The translations under genes and the position numbers were made by a program. A model generated the notes under the pieces. The model did not search any database. It saw only the letters and a program-made list of their open reading frames with translations, and was not told the origin of the DNA. Positions 62,183-64,000 of a stretch of 64,000 nt of DNA are shown here, one piece after another. The DNA is from a candidate division WOR-3 bacterium (GTDB lineage Bacteria > Hydrothermota > 32-111), in NCBI GenBank assembly GCA_039804105.1, contig JBDRZU010000002.1, positions 96,001-160,000 of the forward strand, read 5' to 3'. Position 1 is the stretch's first letter. Every line of letters begins with the position of its first letter.

Positions 62183-63922
62183 TTATTTTATTATCATAAT
62201 TTTATCTTTTTCACCTTTCCCATAATCAACAAAGTATATTCCATTCTTCAAAAATGAAAGATCAACAATTTTAAGATTTTTTATATTTTTTTCAAAAATC
62301 TTTTTTCCTATTCTGTTGTAAATATCGATATGGTCAACAGAATTATTAAAAAAGAATAATTTGTTTCTCAAAAAGATAGGTCTTCTTTCTTCGCATTTTA
62401 AGTTAAACTCTTTAACAACAATTTTATCAACAAAAGTAAAACCGATTATTCTATAGTTATAGTTTCCATAAATATCAAGTTTATCTTTAAACCTTCCTGT
62501 TGGATTTCCAGATTCAAAAATTATTTTATCATTTCGTACTATCTGGACACCAATAAAATTTGATGGTAAAACATAATCGAAAGAAACTTCTCTTGTTTCA
62601 ATGTCAAAATCATAATTTATTTCAAATTCTTCTTTTTGCGTTGTAGTGGCACCGTATATGAAATTTGTCCATGTATAACAGGCACCATTAACTGAACCGT
62701 TGTAAAGTGAAGATGCCCCCCATCTGTGTGCTGATGAATAGTACTGTTGCTCAAAATAGTAAATATTTTTATCATCAGGCATATATATTCCAAGCCCATG
62801 AGAGTTTGAAAAACCGTTTTGCCAGTCCTCTGGATTCATTTTATCTATAATATTCATTATGTTTACAGCATAAGTTTTTACTCTTGTTCCTATAGTTCCA
62901 TTAGTATTTAAAAGATAGCAAAAATGGTAGAGATCTTTAAAATCCTGATAAAATGTTCCTGAAGACATCGGTTGTGTTCCATCAATACATGCTTGAACAT
63001 CGGATGCATCTCTCCCACCTTCATCGATTATAAGATATTTGGCAAGATTGAATATCTGGCTTCTTAAATATAAAAATTCATTTTCAGTGATTCCATTGAA
63101 ATATTCTGTATTGTTGATCACATTGTAAGTTAAAGTATTTTCCGTAGAACTACCATAATATGTTTTATAATCGTTCACAATAAGATGTCCAAGCCACGCA
63201 TGTGAGGTTGGAGCACTTGTCGCAAGTGAAGTTATAAAAGAGTTATAATACCAACCAGCAAATGGTATGTTTGCTTCAGAATAAACAACCATATCAGCAA
63301 GATCATACATATCCCATAAAACTTCCATATATGCCATAACACACATATCACAACCGATAAAATAAAAATCTTTTCCTATTTGGTTTCTCGCACCTTCAAG
63401 TGCCTCTCTCCATTCTCCAGAAGCGCCACTCATAAAATCTCCATCAGTATCATCCGACACACCCCCTTTCAAAGGCATATCCTGATCTTTAGCCCAACCA
63501 GCACCGTGATTCCAGATTATAAGTCCATAGTTTGATGCACTATAATTTTTCTCTGCCCAATCAACAAAATCTATAAGGGTTTGAGGATCGGACATATTTT
63601 TTTCACCCAAAACAACACTTGCAAGATCGTTTATCTTTCCATCAGTCCCATTCCCTCCTCCTGAAAGATGGTAATATCGAGTATCAGTTCTTGTTCCACC
63701 CTCATCAACATATCCGCCATAAGAAGGATGTCCATCAACACATATAACTATGTCAAGGTTGGATGTTAGATTTCCGTATGCTGCCTCAATTTCATCTATA
63801 TCATCATTTATAGCGGAAGAAAGATTGTTGTCTCCGCAAATATAAATCATAAGTGTAAACGCTTTACCATAGATTGATACCATAAAGATAACCGAAAAAA
63901 ATAGAAAGAACAACTTTTTCAT
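62183..63922 (-). CDS. Secreted clostripain-family (C11) cysteine peptidase with T9SS-like C-terminal tail
   Basis: Signal peptide from ATG 63922; YICGDNNL, WNHGAGW (His), CDMCVM (Cys); tail IDIYNRIGKKI...LKNGIYFV..KIMIIK. Confidence 0.9.
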   Translation of the reverse strand: MKKLFFLFFSVIFMVSIYGKAFTLMIYICGDNNLSSAINDDIDEIEAAYGNLTSNLDIVICVDGHPSYGGYVDEGGTRTDTRYYHLSGGGNGTDGKINDLASVVLGEKNMSDPQTLIDFVDWAEKNYSASNYGLIIWNHGAGWAKDQDMPLKGGVSDDTDGDFMSGASGEWREALEGARNQIGKDFYFIGCDMCVMAYMEVLWDMYDLADMVVYSEANIPFAGWYYNSFITSLATSAPTSHAWLGHLIVNDYKTYYGSSTENTLTYNVINNTEYFNGITENEFLYLRSQIFNLAKYLIIDEGGRDASDVQACIDGTQPMSSGTFYQDFKDLYHFCYLLNTNGTIGTRVKTYAVNIMNIIDKMNPEDWQNGFSNSHGLGIYMPDDKNIYYFEQQYYSSAHRWGASSLYNGSVNGACYTWTNFIYGATTTQKEEFEINYDFDIETREVSFDYVLPSNFIGVQIVRNDKIIFESGNPTGRFKDKLDIYGNYNYRIIGFTFVDKIVVKEFNLKCEERRPIFLRNKLFFFNNSVDHIDIYNRIGKKIFEKNIKNLKIVDLSFLKNGIYFVDYGKGEKDKIMIIK

Positions 63923-64000
63923 AAAACCCCCCAATTTTATTTAAAAATAAAATAAATTCTCAAAATAAACATTTTAAAAATACTCCTGAGGATTATTTTT

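Overview
AT-rich, tightly packed bacterial chromosome segment; most genes are on the minus strand. Secreted proteases with T9SS-like C-terminal tails, LysM and lipoproteins, and [FeFe]-hydrogenase maturases suggest an anaerobic diderm, possibly FCB-related (inference only). Most of the window is housekeeping: mnmA, uppP, dnaG-rpoD, a phoH-HD-ybeY-CNNM-recO operon, lepB, lpdA, gyrB, nth, hydGFE, guaB, rnr and five tRNAs (Phe, Leu, Gly, fMet, Asp). The stand-out region is a very AT-rich plus-strand island (~41.9-48.55 kb) abutting the 3' end of tRNA-Asp. It encodes a half-size HsdS-like protein and a full-length HsdM-like protein whose SAM-binding and catalytic motifs are both lost, with no HsdR. 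These are followed by a coupled operon of a MoxR AAA+ ATPase, an unknown 344-aa protein, a HEXXH-metallopeptidase-vWA protein and an unknown 149-aa protein; this is a candidate undescribed defence/conflict system. Other signals: a Braun-lipoprotein-like plus coiled-coil-LysM pair sharing a Cys-containing coiled coil; many apparently leaderless genes; sigma70 promoters with mostly 16-bp spacers; D-(S/T)-hydrophobic sequon enrichment in exported proteins; a repeated CYGAGG leader on the hyd operon; a CDS ending inside tRNA-Gly; and a terminator inside a signal-peptide coding region. All calls are by eye from motifs; no searches were run.
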